A stretch of DNA of 64,000 bases from Myxococcota bacterium (GCA_965223705.1 OZ245015.1:448001-512000); one strand, 5' to 3'. Shown: positions 31,384 through 41,907, counted from the stretch's first letter. Notes: generated by a model from the letters alone, not told the origin. A program made the numbers and translations.

Positions 31384-32091
31384 ATGGAACTCTTTACGAC
31401 TGCCGACGGCTGGCAATTCCTGTTTCGATGGATCCACTTCCTCGCAGGCATTACTTGGATCGGCGTCCTCTACTACTTCAACTTCATTCAAACGCCGTTC
31501 TTCGGGACGGACCTCGGGGGGCAAGCCCGCGGCTTCGTCACTCGCGGCCTTGTGCCCAACGCGCTCTGGTGGTTCCGCTGGGGCGCCATGTTCACCTTCA
31601 TTTCCGGCTGGCTCATCATCTTCATGCGCCTGCATCAGGGCGTGGCTCTCACCGACGGCTACATGACCCGCATCCTGACGGGCGGCATCATGGGCAGCTT
31701 CATGTGGTTCAACGTCTGGTTCGTCATCTGGCCGATCCAGCAGAAAGTGATCGCGTCGGCGAACGCGGTGGCCGGCGGCGGCGAAGCCGATCCCGAGGCG
31801 GCCGCCCTCGCGCCGAAGGCGGCCAATGCATCTCGTACGAACACGCTGTTCTCGATCCCGATGCTGTTCTTCATGGCGTCGGCGAGCCACTTGGTGAGCT
31901 TCAACAACGGCACCAACGACATGATGTACTGGATCGCCGCGGCCATTCTCATCCTGCTCGTCGAGGTGAACGGCATCTCCGCACCTGGCAAGGGAAGCCA
32001 GAAGATGCTGGCGAGCGTGTCGGGGACCATCCACGCCGGCGTAATCCTGACGGTGCTGCTCTACCTGGCCGGCACCTTCCTGAACGGCTAG
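31384..32091 (+). CDS. PuuD/Urate_ox_N-like membrane protein
   Basis: RWIHFLAGITWIG..YYFN, WWFRW, NVWFVIWP.Q, SRTNT motifs. Confidence 0.75.
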   Translation: MELFTTADGWQFLFRWIHFLAGITWIGVLYYFNFIQTPFFGTDLGGQARGFVTRGLVPNALWWFRWGAMFTFISGWLIIFMRLHQGVALTDGYMTRILTGGIMGSFMWFNVWFVIWPIQQKVIASANAVAGGGEADPEAAALAPKAANASRTNTLFSIPMLFFMASASHLVSFNNGTNDMMYWIAAAILILLVEVNGISAPGKGSQKMLASVSGTIHAGVILTVLLYLAGTFLNG

Positions 32092-32108
32092 CGCAGGCTC
32101 GCGAGCCG

Positions 32109-32459
32109 CTAGCTCCCCGGTGCTGCCGCCGCCTCGAGGTAGGCGTGCAGCGCCGGGAGCTCGGCTTCGAGGAAGGGAAGCGCGACCATCACCCGACTGT
32201 CGCGTTTCGGCGTGTAGCCCTCCGGGTACTCCGCCCGCAGCACCCGCGCCTCGAGAAGTTCGAGGGAGGCTCCTGCGACCGAGGGACCCAGCCCGCCTTC
32301 CTGGTTCGGGTCGGGGGCGTGGCACGCCATGCAATTGTTCTGGTAGACGACCTTGCCCCGCGCAGCGAGGGCGTCGCCGGCGGGCGCTTCGGGTCCGCCG
32401 CCGCACGCCAAGGTCGAGCCCGCTAAGAGGAGCAGGGCTCCGTATCGGATCCGATTCAT
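32109..32459 (-). CDS. Monohaem cytochrome c lipoprotein
   Basis: Lipobox TLAC, CMACH, distal Met. Confidence 0.85.
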   Translation of the reverse strand: MNRIRYGALLLLAGSTLACGGGPEAPAGDALAARGKVVYQNNCMACHAPDPNQEGGLGPSVAGASLELLEARVLRAEYPEGYTPKRDSRVMVALPFLEAELPALHAYLEAAAAPGS

Positions 32460-32502
32460 GCGTCTCCTCGAGAAGAGAGCGCAGCTTAGCTACCTCCCCG
32501 GG

Positions 32503-33045
32503 GTGAGGCATCGCACCGAATCGAACTTCCGCTTGACGCCTCCTCACTTCCTGACGGCATCGCGGGTTCTCGCGGGACCGCTGATCTTGGTTCTGCTCAC
32601 GCGGCCCGCTCCCGGCTGGGCCTCCCTCGTGTTTGCACTCGCCGTGGCCAGCGATCTCGTCGACGGGCGTATTGCCCGCGCTCGGGGAGAAGCGACAAGC
32701 GGCGGTACTTTCTTCGATCACGCGGCCGATGCGTGGTTCGTCACCTTCGGGCTCCTGGCCTACGCCGCGCGTTTGCCGCTGACGCCGCTTCTGCCGCTCG
32801 GGATCGCCCTCTCGTTCCTCGAGTACGGCTGGCCCTACCTCCGTCGAAGGGAGCCCGTACGGGGCAGCCCCTTGGGACGCTTCAACGGAGTGGCGTACTA
32901 CGCCTTGCTCGGGACGCTACTCGGCGCCGACGTGCTCGCTTGGGACGCGTTCGCTGCGGGTGTCGCGCGGTTCGCCGGCGCGGCGCTCGTCGCGACGACC
33001 GTCGCTTCAGTCCTGTTGCGGCGCCGGTCCCGTCGCTTCGTCTAG
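32503..33045 (+). CDS. CDP-alcohol phosphatidyltransferase
   Basis: DLVDGRIAR..G...D..AD signature. Confidence 0.85.
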   Translation: MRHRTESNFRLTPPHFLTASRVLAGPLILVLLTRPAPGWASLVFALAVASDLVDGRIARARGEATSGGTFFDHAADAWFVTFGLLAYAARLPLTPLLPLGIALSFLEYGWPYLRRREPVRGSPLGRFNGVAYYALLGTLLGADVLAWDAFAAGVARFAGAALVATTVASVLLRRRSRRFV

Positions 33046-33969
33046 TGCGCGATTCGCCCGGGACAAGAAGATCAGCCCGATCGCCGCGTTGAACAACACG
33101 AAGAAGTTGTGCTGCACGAACCCGAAGGCCGCCATCGGTCCCGGATGATCCGGGTAGAGGGTGGGCCAAAGCGATACCGCCACCGCCCGAAAAGGGCCCG
33201 GAACGAAGGTGCCAAAGAAGATCACGGGAAGTGTCGCGAGCATCTCTCCGAAACTGGTTTCCACCCCGAACAGAGACAGCGCCTGGGAGTAGACCAATAC
33301 GCCGGCGACCAGAGCGGGCGACCGCATCGCCATCACCGTCAGGTACTGCCACGCCCGCGCTTTGCGGAAGCTCGCGAAGAGGGGCTTTCGGGTGAGCGCG
33401 ATCCGGGCGCCGACGGGCGTTCGGAAGAGGGCCAACACGACGCCCCAGATGACCAGGCCGCCCACGGCGAGCGCCGGCACCCCCCGAAAGATGGTCATCA
33501 CTTCCGGGAGGACGTCCCAACGCAGCAAGATTCCCGCCGCCGCCCACATCAAGAGATAGAGGAACTCGCAGAACATGATGACGAGCATCGTCGAGCCCAG
33601 CTCCCAACCGGGCACGCCTTCGCGGCGATTGAGATAGAGCGCGATGGCGCCTTTGCCGACCTGCTCGTTCAGGATCGACAAGATGTACGCGCTCGCTCGG
33701 ACCGGGAGCAAGCTCGAGAACGAGATCCGCTTGTTCCACCACGAGACGCAGCGCCACAGGATCGCCGTATCGATCAGAAAGAAGACCACCGAATACGGAA
33801 TCATCCAGGCGAGCCACGCGAGCCAGTTGACGGACGCGAACACGCCGCCGAGGTACCCGAAGACCGTGTCGCCATGGCGCGCGGCGGCCGCCGCGATGCG
33901 CGTGTACAGGTAGCCGAAGCACAGTGCGGTGATGAGCCAGGGGATCGCTTGCCGGAAGAAGCGTTTCAT
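33007..33969 (-). CDS. Lysylphosphatidylglycerol-synthase-like/flippase membrane protein
   Basis: About 8 TM helices; family call from overall pattern only. Confidence 0.55.
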   Translation of the reverse strand: MKRFFRQAIPWLITALCFGYLYTRIAAAAARHGDTVFGYLGGVFASVNWLAWLAWMIPYSVVFFLIDTAILWRCVSWWNKRISFSSLLPVRASAYILSILNEQVGKGAIALYLNRREGVPGWELGSTMLVIMFCEFLYLLMWAAAGILLRWDVLPEVMTIFRGVPALAVGGLVIWGVVLALFRTPVGARIALTRKPLFASFRKARAWQYLTVMAMRSPALVAGVLVYSQALSLFGVETSFGEMLATLPVIFFGTFVPGPFRAVAVSLWPTLYPDHPGPMAAFGFVQHNFFVLFNAAIGLIFLSRANRALDEATGPAPQQD

Positions 33970-34883
33970 TGCGGGCTTGTCCTACTCGCTTCGCGGCGCA
34001 GCACGTGCCGCAAGGTGTCGTCCAGGGGCCGAGGTGTCGTGCCGAGCGCCTGGAAGAGCGGGGAAGGGTCGACTTCGTCGTCGTGAAGGAGCACGCCGAG
34101 CATCGCTTCAGTAAGCGGCGGGTTTGCGGAAAAACGCTCGGCCATGCGCGCGAGCCAGCGGACGACGGTGACAGGTACATGCAAGGGGCGAGGGTTCGTT
34201 CCGAGCAGTGAGGCGGCGCGCAACACCAAGTCGCGATGGGTCAGGCATTCGGGGCCGGCGATTTCGAACGCGCCGGTCAGCGGTTCGCCGCGCAAGGCGG
34301 CGGTGCAAGTCGACTCGACGAAATCTCGCGCGTCGAGAGGCTGCTCTTTCGACATGCCGTCGCCGATCCACACCGCCCGGCCGCTCGCGCGGGAATAAAG
34401 CGCCCGGGCGGCGGGGCTCTCCGGTGACAAAACCATCGGGGCCCGCAGCACCAGGGCGGGCAGGTCGCTGTCCATGAGCAGCGCATCGCTCCGCCCGCGG
34501 GACGCCAGGCACGAGTTCGCGGCGTTCGGGTCCGCGCCGACGATGCTCGCGGCGACAACGCGCAAACCGCCCACTTCCCGGAGCGCGGAGATGAGTGCGC
34601 GGGTGACGCCTTCGTGGGTGTCCGCGTAGCGCGCCGCGCGGGTCTCCTTGATGATCCCGACCAGGTGGATCACCGCATCGCAACCTTCGGCCGCCCGAGC
34701 GAGCGCCGCATCGTCGTGATAGTCGACGCGGACGATTTCCGGAGGGCGCGAAGCGAGGTGGCTGGCGACCATGGCCTTCGCGCGCTCCGAGCGAACGAGT
34801 GCGCGCGCGGCAATCCCCCGCAACCCCAACAAACGAAGGAGCGGGATTCCCAGTTCACCGTTGGCGCCCGTGACGAGCAGCAT
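33966..34883 (-). CDS. NAD(P)-binding epimerase/NDUFA9-like SDR
   Basis: LVTGANGELG Rossmann motif, HLVGIIKE. Confidence 0.8.
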   Translation of the reverse strand: MLLVTGANGELGIPLLRLLGLRGIAARALVRSERAKAMVASHLASRPPEIVRVDYHDDAALARAAEGCDAVIHLVGIIKETRAARYADTHEGVTRALISALREVGGLRVVAASIVGADPNAANSCLASRGRSDALLMDSDLPALVLRAPMVLSPESPAARALYSRASGRAVWIGDGMSKEQPLDARDFVESTCTAALRGEPLTGAFEIAGPECLTHRDLVLRAASLLGTNPRPLHVPVTVVRWLARMAERFSANPPLTEAMLGVLLHDDEVDPSPLFQALGTTPRPLDDTLRHVLRREASRTSPQ

Positions 34884-34967
34884 GGCCGCATGGTACTGCG
34901 CGAGAGGCCTGCGCCACGCCCCTGCTACACTGACCGCCAGCCGTTCCCAGGCCGCTCGAGGGGTACC

Positions 34968-36560
34968 GTGTCCACCGTCGTCCAGAGTCTCCTCGCGCTG
35001 CAGCATCGTGAAGGATGGCTTCCTCCCGACGAGCTTCGAAAACTCGCCCGAGAACGCCGGTTGCCGCTCCACCGCATCGAGAGCGTCGCGAGTTTCTACA
35101 CACACTTTCGACGCACGCCCCCGCCGAAGCACACGGTCGCCGTCTGCCGCGATCTCTCTTGCGCGCTCGCCGACGCAGGGGCTTGCCCTTCGATTCGCAG
35201 CGCTCTGGCGTCTCGCGGAGACGTGGAAGTCGCCGAGGTCTCCTGCCTCGGGCGTTGCGAAGATGCCCCGGCGGCAGCATTGGACGACCGCCCGCTGCGC
35301 GCCGACCCGGCTGTTGTCGCCCGCGCGCTCGACGGCGACGAGACCGCTTTTCTCGAATTGGCTCCCCCGAGCAGTTGGGACGCAGAAATCTACGCGGATC
35401 GGTCTGCACGCTACGGCACGTTGCGCAGGGCACTCGGCGCTCCGCGAGAACGGCTGGCGGAAGAGTTGTCGCAGGCGGGCTTGCGGGGGATGGGCGGCGC
35501 GGGCTTTCCGACCGGCCGCAAGTGGCAACTCGTCGCGGCGGAGAGCGAGCCCGAGAAGTACGTCATTTGCAACGCCGACGAGAGCGAGCCCGGGACCTTC
35601 AAAGACCGCCAAATCTTGGCGGATCTCCCCCACCTCGTGATCGAGGGCATGGTGCTCGGCGGCTACGCCATCGGCGCGAGGCACGGAACGATCTTCATCC
35701 GCAATGAATACGCCCTCGAGCGTGCTCGCGTAGAAGAAGCGGTCGAGGAAGCGCGTGCGATCGGAGCGATCGGCTCCGACGTATTCGGGAGCGGTTGGTC
35801 TTTCGACGTCGATGTTTTCGTTTCGCCGGGTGGCTACATCCTCGGCGAAGAGAGCGCGCTTCTCGAGTGCATGGAAGACCGCCGCGGCGAGCCTCGCAAC
35901 AAGCCGCCCTTCCCGGGGACGTCGGGCCTCTACGGAAAGCCGACGCTCATCAACAACGTCGAGACGTTTGCGCACGCGACGGCCATCATCGCGCGCGGCG
36001 CGGCGTGGTGGGAGACGTTGGCCTCCGGCGAGTTCGCCGGTCACAAGTGGATCAGTGTAAGTGGCGACGTCGCCCGGCCAGGCGTCGTCCTCGTTCCCAT
36101 CGGAACGACGCTCGGCGGTTTGCTCGAGCGCTGCGGCGGGATGCGCGACGGTGCGAAGCTCGCGGCGGTGGCGCCCGGAGGTGCGTCGAGCAATTTCCTG
36201 CCTCCGAGCGCACTCGACACGCCTCTCGATTTCGAGGCGCTGCAACAAGCGGGCTCGATGCTCGGTTCCGGCGCCGTGATCTTCCTCGCCGAAGGGCAGT
36301 CCCTCTTGTCGGCCGGCACCAACGTCGCGCGGTTCTTTCGGAACGAGTCCTGCGGCAAGTGTGTTCCGTGCCGCGTCGGGACGGAAAAGGCCCTCGACAT
36401 GTTGGGAGAAGGCGAGGCGCTCACCGGCGCAAGCGAAGCACGCCTGCGCGAGCTCCACGAAACGCTGCGCCGTACGAGCATTTGCGGTTTGGGTCAGGTC
36501 GCCCTCGCGCCGCTGCTCTCGATCCTCGATCGCTTCCCCGACGCAAAGACCGGCACTTGA
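34968..36560 (+). CDS. NuoE-NuoF fusion (NADH-binding diaphorase, FdsG/FdsB-like)
   Basis: CRDLSC/CLGRC 2Fe-2S; GLRGMGGAGFPTG, NADESEPGTFKD, YILGEE, SCGKCVPCR...CGLG. Confidence 0.9.
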   Translation: MSTVVQSLLALQHREGWLPPDELRKLARERRLPLHRIESVASFYTHFRRTPPPKHTVAVCRDLSCALADAGACPSIRSALASRGDVEVAEVSCLGRCEDAPAAALDDRPLRADPAVVARALDGDETAFLELAPPSSWDAEIYADRSARYGTLRRALGAPRERLAEELSQAGLRGMGGAGFPTGRKWQLVAAESEPEKYVICNADESEPGTFKDRQILADLPHLVIEGMVLGGYAIGARHGTIFIRNEYALERARVEEAVEEARAIGAIGSDVFGSGWSFDVDVFVSPGGYILGEESALLECMEDRRGEPRNKPPFPGTSGLYGKPTLINNVETFAHATAIIARGAAWWETLASGEFAGHKWISVSGDVARPGVVLVPIGTTLGGLLERCGGMRDGAKLAAVAPGGASSNFLPPSALDTPLDFEALQQAGSMLGSGAVIFLAEGQSLLSAGTNVARFFRNESCGKCVPCRVGTEKALDMLGEGEALTGASEARLRELHETLRRTSICGLGQVALAPLLSILDRFPDAKTGT

Positions 36561-37378
36561 TGTCCGTTGCTGGGGCGGTCCTGTGCGGTGGCCTTTCGAG
36601 CCGTATGGGGCGACCGAAAGCCCTTCTCCCGTGGCAGGGTACGACCCTCGTGGAACACATGGTCTCGGCACTTCGGCCGGTCGTCGATCGCGTTCTGGTG
36701 ATTTCGTCGGAAGCGCTGGCCCTACCGGGTCTCGATGCGTCCGTCGTGGTCGACCGCGAGCCAGAGCTCGGTCCCCTCGGTGCGATTCGAGAGGCGTTGG
36801 CAGCGGCTACCGAGAAGAGAGTCGTCGTCGTCGCGACCGACGCCCCGTTTCTCACGCGGGAGTTTCTCGCGGCCTTGCTCGACGCTGGTGACGTCGTCGC
36901 CGCGCGCGACGAAGAGGGCATCGTCCAACCTCTCGTCGCCGTCTATCCGACGGCCGGATCGGACACCGCGCAGCGGATGGTCGAAGCCGGCGTGCGGAAA
37001 CCGATGCAGCTTCTCGAAGAACTCGGCGTTCGCCCCATCGATCCCGAAGCCTTGCCGCGCGTTCAGAGCCTTCGCGGTTTCAATACGCCCGAGTCGTACC
37101 TGTCCGCGGTTCGCAGCGTCGAACCCGAAGCGAAAGCGACGGTCGAGTTCTTCGGGCGCCCGCGCCTGGCCGTCGGGGCGCGTCGGCGACAGGCGCGGAT
37201 CAATGCGCTCGGGGCGCTCTTGGAAGAAGCGGCACCCGAAGTCACGTGGCTCGAAGACGGGAAACTGTCTCGCGAGTTCCTCATCTCGCTCGACGGCCGC
37301 GCCTTCGTCCGCAACACGTCGCTGCCGGTGGGTCCCGGAGAGACCGTCATTGCGCTCGACGCACCCGCCGGAGGGTAG
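36560..37378 (+). CDS. mobA: MobA guanylyltransferase fused to a C-terminal MoaD/ThiS-like domain
   Basis: LCGGLSSRMG.PKA, GPLG, DAPF, FNTP, then a beta-grasp domain ending PAGG. Confidence 0.8.
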   Translation: MSVAGAVLCGGLSSRMGRPKALLPWQGTTLVEHMVSALRPVVDRVLVISSEALALPGLDASVVVDREPELGPLGAIREALAAATEKRVVVVATDAPFLTREFLAALLDAGDVVAARDEEGIVQPLVAVYPTAGSDTAQRMVEAGVRKPMQLLEELGVRPIDPEALPRVQSLRGFNTPESYLSAVRSVEPEAKATVEFFGRPRLAVGARRRQARINALGALLEEAAPEVTWLEDGKLSREFLISLDGRAFVRNTSLPVGPGETVIALDAPAGG

Positions 37379-39088
37379 ATGTTCGGTTACCACGGGCGGT
37401 ACCTGCGGAGCGATCTTACGACCGGCGAGTGCGTCGCGGTCGACATCCCCGACGATGTGTTTCGGCGCTACATCGGCGGCGTGGGCCTCGCCGCGTGGTT
37501 GCTCCAGCGGGAGCATCCGACAGGCGTGTCCGCCCTCGACCCACGCGCGGCGCTGGTGTTCGCGTTTTCTCCGCTCGTCGGCACCGGTGTGACCACCTCG
37601 GCAAAGTTCGCCGTGGCCGGGAAATCCCCTCTCACCGGGATGTTCTGCGACGCGATGTCGAGCTCTCACTTCGCGATCGCGGGGAAGGGGCTCGGCGCCG
37701 ATGCGCTCGTTTTCGTCGGCGCGGCGCCGGGGCCGTCGATATGGGTCAACGGGGTTTTGGAGCCCACGGATCTCTTTGGCCAGAGCCCCGCCGAAGTCGG
37801 CAAAGCCATGCGCTCGCGGGGGCGTTGTGTTGCGATCGGGGTCGCCGGAGAGAACCGGGTTCCGTTCGCGTGCCTTTCTTCGGAGGGACGCCACGCCGGA
37901 CGGGGTGGGCTCGGCGCCGTCATGGGCGCAAAACGGCTCAAGGCGATTGTCGCCTGGGGCCACGCGGAGACCGCCGTCGCAGATCCCGCGCGCCTGACCG
38001 CGCTGACGCGCGAATGGCGCGAACGAAGCCTCGGCCCGGGCACCGCGAAGTACCGAGAGCTCGGAACGGCGGCGAACGTGGCGGCCTTCAACCGACTCGG
38101 GCTCCTCCCCACGCGCAACTTCCGGTCCGGGCACTTCGACGGCGCCGAGGACGTTTCGGCCGAGCGCCTGGGCATCGGAAGAGCCCGAGAGCGGCGATCG
38201 TGCGCGTCGTGCACGATCGGTTGTGACCATCGCTACGGAACCGGCGACGGGAAAACCGTGCGGGCCGAGTACGAGAGCTTGTTCGCCCTGGGGCCGCTTT
38301 GCGGTGTGGCGAATCCCGATGCAATTCTCCGGGCAGCGGCCCGCTGCGATGTGCTCGGACTCGATACGGTGTCGACGGGCGTTACCCTCGCGTTCGCGAT
38401 GGAGTGCCGCGAAAAGGGCTGGCTCGACACAGGCCCCGCTCCCACGGACGGAGAGGCTTGGCTCGACGCGATCGACGATATCGCGCAGCGGCGCGGGGTG
38501 GGCGAGCTGTTGGCTCAGGGGTCGCGCCATCTCGCGCGAATGCTCGGGCCGGAAGCGCAGGCGATCGCCCCGGAGGTCAAAGGTCTGGAGCTTCCGGGCT
38601 ACGAGCCCCGCGCGCTTCCCTATATGGCTTTGGGGTTCGCGGTCGGTACACGAGGAGCGGACCACAATCGCAGCAGTGCGTACGAAGTCGACTTTTCGCC
38701 CGAATCGGATCGAGGCGTGGCCGCCGTCGTCGCTGCAGAAGACCGCTCCGCACTGCTCGACTCGCTCATTTTGTGCAAGTTCCTGCGCGGGGCCTTCGAC
38801 GACTTCGAAGCCGAGGCGGCGGCATTGCTCTCCGCGGTCACTGGAGTGCCGTTTGGCGCGGGCGAGCTGCGAGAAATCGCGGCGCGGATCGTGACAGCAC
38901 GCAAATGTTTCAACGTTCGAGAGGGCTGGACCCCGAGCGACGATACGCTGCCCGCCCGCTTCTTCGACGAGCCCCTCGACGATCGTACGCCGGCACTCTC
39001 GCGCGAGGCGTTGGCGAACAGGATCAGGGAGTACAATCTCGCTCGGGGCTGGCAACCCGATGGTTATCCCGAGGGAGAAGGCGCGTGA
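37379..39088 (+). CDS. aor: Aldehyde:ferredoxin oxidoreductase (W/Mo-pterin AOR family)
   Basis: KSPLTG, AGRGGLGAVMGAK.LKA, CASCTIGC, EYES, GLDTVS, RGADH. Confidence 0.9.
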   Translation: MFGYHGRYLRSDLTTGECVAVDIPDDVFRRYIGGVGLAAWLLQREHPTGVSALDPRAALVFAFSPLVGTGVTTSAKFAVAGKSPLTGMFCDAMSSSHFAIAGKGLGADALVFVGAAPGPSIWVNGVLEPTDLFGQSPAEVGKAMRSRGRCVAIGVAGENRVPFACLSSEGRHAGRGGLGAVMGAKRLKAIVAWGHAETAVADPARLTALTREWRERSLGPGTAKYRELGTAANVAAFNRLGLLPTRNFRSGHFDGAEDVSAERLGIGRARERRSCASCTIGCDHRYGTGDGKTVRAEYESLFALGPLCGVANPDAILRAAARCDVLGLDTVSTGVTLAFAMECREKGWLDTGPAPTDGEAWLDAIDDIAQRRGVGELLAQGSRHLARMLGPEAQAIAPEVKGLELPGYEPRALPYMALGFAVGTRGADHNRSSAYEVDFSPESDRGVAAVVAAEDRSALLDSLILCKFLRGAFDDFEAEAAALLSAVTGVPFGAGELREIAARIVTARKCFNVREGWTPSDDTLPARFFDEPLDDRTPALSREALANRIREYNLARGWQPDGYPEGEGA

Positions 39089-41907
39089 GCGAAGACTCGC
39101 TAATCGAGCTGACGATCGACGGGCGCGCGGTGCGTGTCGCGCCGGGTACGACCCTCTGGGACGCAGCCCGGCAGATGGGGGTCGAGATTCCCACGCTGTG
39201 TCACGACCCCGCTCTGCGCCCTGTCGGCGTATGTCGAATGTGCGTGGTCGAAGTGGGCGCGGGAGCCCTCGCCGCTTCGTGCGTGCGGGCTTGCGAGCCC
39301 GGCATGGAAGTCACGACGCGAAACGCCGAGATCGAGGGGCATCGCGCAGTGCTCACCGAACTCCTCATGGCGGACCAACCGCCTCGCGACGCCGACCCGA
39401 AGGAGCAGACCGTCGGAGGAAACGAGCTGCTCGCGTTGGCCGATCGGTACGACGCCCACGGCGACACGTTCCGGGCGAGCCGCTCGGGGTCTGCCGAGGT
39501 GCGGGGAGCGGACTCGAGTTCGCCCGTCATCGCCGTCGATCACCAGGCGTGCATCCTGTGCGACCGCTGCATCCGCGCGTGCGACGACATACAGAGCAAC
39601 GAAGTGATGGGCCGAACCGGCAAGGGCTACGGCGCGCGGATCGCGTTCGATCTCGATCAACCGATGGGCGAGAGCAGTTGCGTGTCCTGCGGCGAGTGCG
39701 CCGCGGCGTGTCCTACCGGGGCGCTGGTCGACAAGGCGGTCGGTGCGCCGCTCGCACCACGGGAGGCGCTCACGCAGGTCGACAGCGTATGTCCTTACTG
39801 CGGGGTGGGTTGTGCGATCCGCTACCACGTCGACCGACCCAACAATCGGGTAGTGTTCGCCGAAGGTCGCGAGAGCCCCGGAAATCACAGCCGCTTGTGC
39901 GTCAAGGGACGCTATGGCTGGGATTACACCCAACACCCGCAACGGCTTACCCGACCTCTCATCCGCCGCGAAGACGCGTACCCCAAGGGTCCGTTGTCCC
40001 GCGATGTCCGGGGAGAGCACGACGGTCGCCGCAAGCCGGGCGGAGTGGTCGACTACAACGAAGTCCTGCCCGCGTTTCGCGAAGCCACCTGGGAAGAGGC
40101 GCTCGACTTGGTTGCGGAGCGACTCCTCGCGGTTCGCGAAGAGCACGGGGCGCGGGCGCTCGCCGGGTTCGGGAGCGCCAAGTGCTCGAACGAAGAAGCG
40201 TATCTGTTTCAAAAGCTCGTTCGGACGGCGTTCGGCACCAACAACGTCGACCACTGTACGCGCTTGTGCCACGCGTCGAGCGTCGCGGCGCTGCTCGAAG
40301 GCATCGGCAGCGGCGCCGTCACCACCACCTACGGTGACATCGCCAACGCCGACGCCGCGCTTCTCGCGGGGACGAACACCACGTCGAATCATCCCGTGGC
40401 GGCGAGCTTCTTCAAGGAAGCGCGCAAGCGGGGAACGAGGTTGATCGTCGCCGATCCCCGGGAGTCCGAGATCGCTGCCCACGCGGACTACTACTGTCGC
40501 CTGAAGCCCGGGACCGATGTCGCTTTCTATAACGCGCTCATGCACGTGATCCTCGAAGAGGGTCTCGAGGATCGGGCGTTTATCGACGCGCGCACCGAGG
40601 ATTTCGAAGCGCTTCGCGAACACGTCAAGCGCTACGACCCGAAGCGCGCCGCGGCGATCTGCGGCGTCCCCGCCGATGTGATTCGCGAAGTCGCGCGCAT
40701 TCTCGGCCGGGCGAACAGCGCCGTGATCTATTGGGGCATGGGCATCTCGCAGCACGTGTACGGGACGAACAACGCGCGCTGTTTGATCGCGCTGGCGCTG
40801 TTGACGGGGAACGTCGGCAAACCCGGTGCCGGACTCCACCCGCTGCGCGGCCAGAACAACGTTCAGGGCGCCAGCGACGCGGGCCTCATCCCGATGGTGT
40901 ATCCGGACTACCAGCCCGTCGAGGATCCGGCGATTCGGGCCAAGTTCGAGAAAGCCTGGGGACGCGCGCTCGATCCGGAGCGGGGCTTGACCGTGGTGGA
41001 GATCGCGGCCGGGGCACTCGCCGGAACCATCCGCGGCATGTACATCATGGGCGAGAACCCGTTTCTGTCCGATCCGAACACCAACAAGGTGAGAAAGGCG
41101 CTCGCGAATCTCGACTTCCTCGTTGTTCAAGACATCTTCCTGACGGAAACGGCGGAGTTCGCCGACGTGATCCTCCCCGCCGGCGCCTACCTCGAGAAGC
41201 TCGGGACGTACACCAACACCGATCGCCGGGTGCAGATCGGAAAGCCGGCGCTCGAGATGCCCGGCGAGGCGCGCTTCGACTGGGAGATCTTGTGCGACAT
41301 TGCGACCCGCATGGGCGTCCCGATGCGCTACGACTCGCCCCGTGAGATCTTCGACGAGTTCGCCGGCCTGACCAGCGCGTATCAGACACTCACCTACGAG
41401 AATCTCGGCCCGACGGGAAAGCTGTGGCCGAACCCGAACCCGGAAACGGACGACGGTCCGGTCGTGCTGTTTGATGACGCGTTCCCGACGGAAAGCGGGC
41501 GCGCTCGTTTCGTTCCCGCCGAGTGGACGGCCGCACCGGAGCTCCCGAGCGATGAATACCCACTGGTCCTCAACACCGGCCGTTTGCTCGAACATTGGCA
41601 CACGGGATCGATGACGCGACGAAGCAAAGCCCTCGACGCAATCGTTCCCGAAGCGGCCGTCGCGATGCATCCCGACGACGCGGAAAAGCTCGGCATCCGG
41701 GCCGGGGACCGCGTTCGCGTCACGAGCGCGCGAGGCTCGGTCTCCCTCCGAGCGGATCTCTCGGAGCGCGAATGCCCGGGGGCCGTGTTTATTCCGTTCC
41801 ACTTCCGAGAAGCGGCCGCCAATTTGTTGACGCTCGATGAGCTCGATCCCGACGGAAAGATCCCGGAATTCAAGTTCTGCGCGGTCCGTGTGGAGCCTTG
41901 CGATTAG
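39085..41907 (+). CDS. fdhF: Formate dehydrogenase alpha subunit (Cys-type, with N-terminal Fe-S module)
   Basis: IPTLC..CRMC, two 4Fe-4S motifs, CPYCGVGC, DHCTRLCH, PLRGQNNVQG, IPEFK. Confidence 0.92.
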   Translation: MSEDSLIELTIDGRAVRVAPGTTLWDAARQMGVEIPTLCHDPALRPVGVCRMCVVEVGAGALAASCVRACEPGMEVTTRNAEIEGHRAVLTELLMADQPPRDADPKEQTVGGNELLALADRYDAHGDTFRASRSGSAEVRGADSSSPVIAVDHQACILCDRCIRACDDIQSNEVMGRTGKGYGARIAFDLDQPMGESSCVSCGECAAACPTGALVDKAVGAPLAPREALTQVDSVCPYCGVGCAIRYHVDRPNNRVVFAEGRESPGNHSRLCVKGRYGWDYTQHPQRLTRPLIRREDAYPKGPLSRDVRGEHDGRRKPGGVVDYNEVLPAFREATWEEALDLVAERLLAVREEHGARALAGFGSAKCSNEEAYLFQKLVRTAFGTNNVDHCTRLCHASSVAALLEGIGSGAVTTTYGDIANADAALLAGTNTTSNHPVAASFFKEARKRGTRLIVADPRESEIAAHADYYCRLKPGTDVAFYNALMHVILEEGLEDRAFIDARTEDFEALREHVKRYDPKRAAAICGVPADVIREVARILGRANSAVIYWGMGISQHVYGTNNARCLIALALLTGNVGKPGAGLHPLRGQNNVQGASDAGLIPMVYPDYQPVEDPAIRAKFEKAWGRALDPERGLTVVEIAAGALAGTIRGMYIMGENPFLSDPNTNKVRKALANLDFLVVQDIFLTETAEFADVILPAGAYLEKLGTYTNTDRRVQIGKPALEMPGEARFDWEILCDIATRMGVPMRYDSPREIFDEFAGLTSAYQTLTYENLGPTGKLWPNPNPETDDGPVVLFDDAFPTESGRARFVPAEWTAAPELPSDEYPLVLNTGRLLEHWHTGSMTRRSKALDAIVPEAAVAMHPDDAEKLGIRAGDRVRVTSARGSVSLRADLSERECPGAVFIPFHFREAAANLLTLDELDPDGKIPEFKFCAVRVEPCD

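Noticed and set aside
33966..36671. 901-aa SDR fusion, and N-terminally extended CofH, FdhA and LuxE ORFs in the track
   Set aside because: The extensions overlap genuine genes. Real starts are internal (34883, 8437, 39085, 51396).
40249..40275. Selenocysteine in Fdh
   Set aside because: Active site reads DHCTRLCH with TGC and no in-frame TGA.
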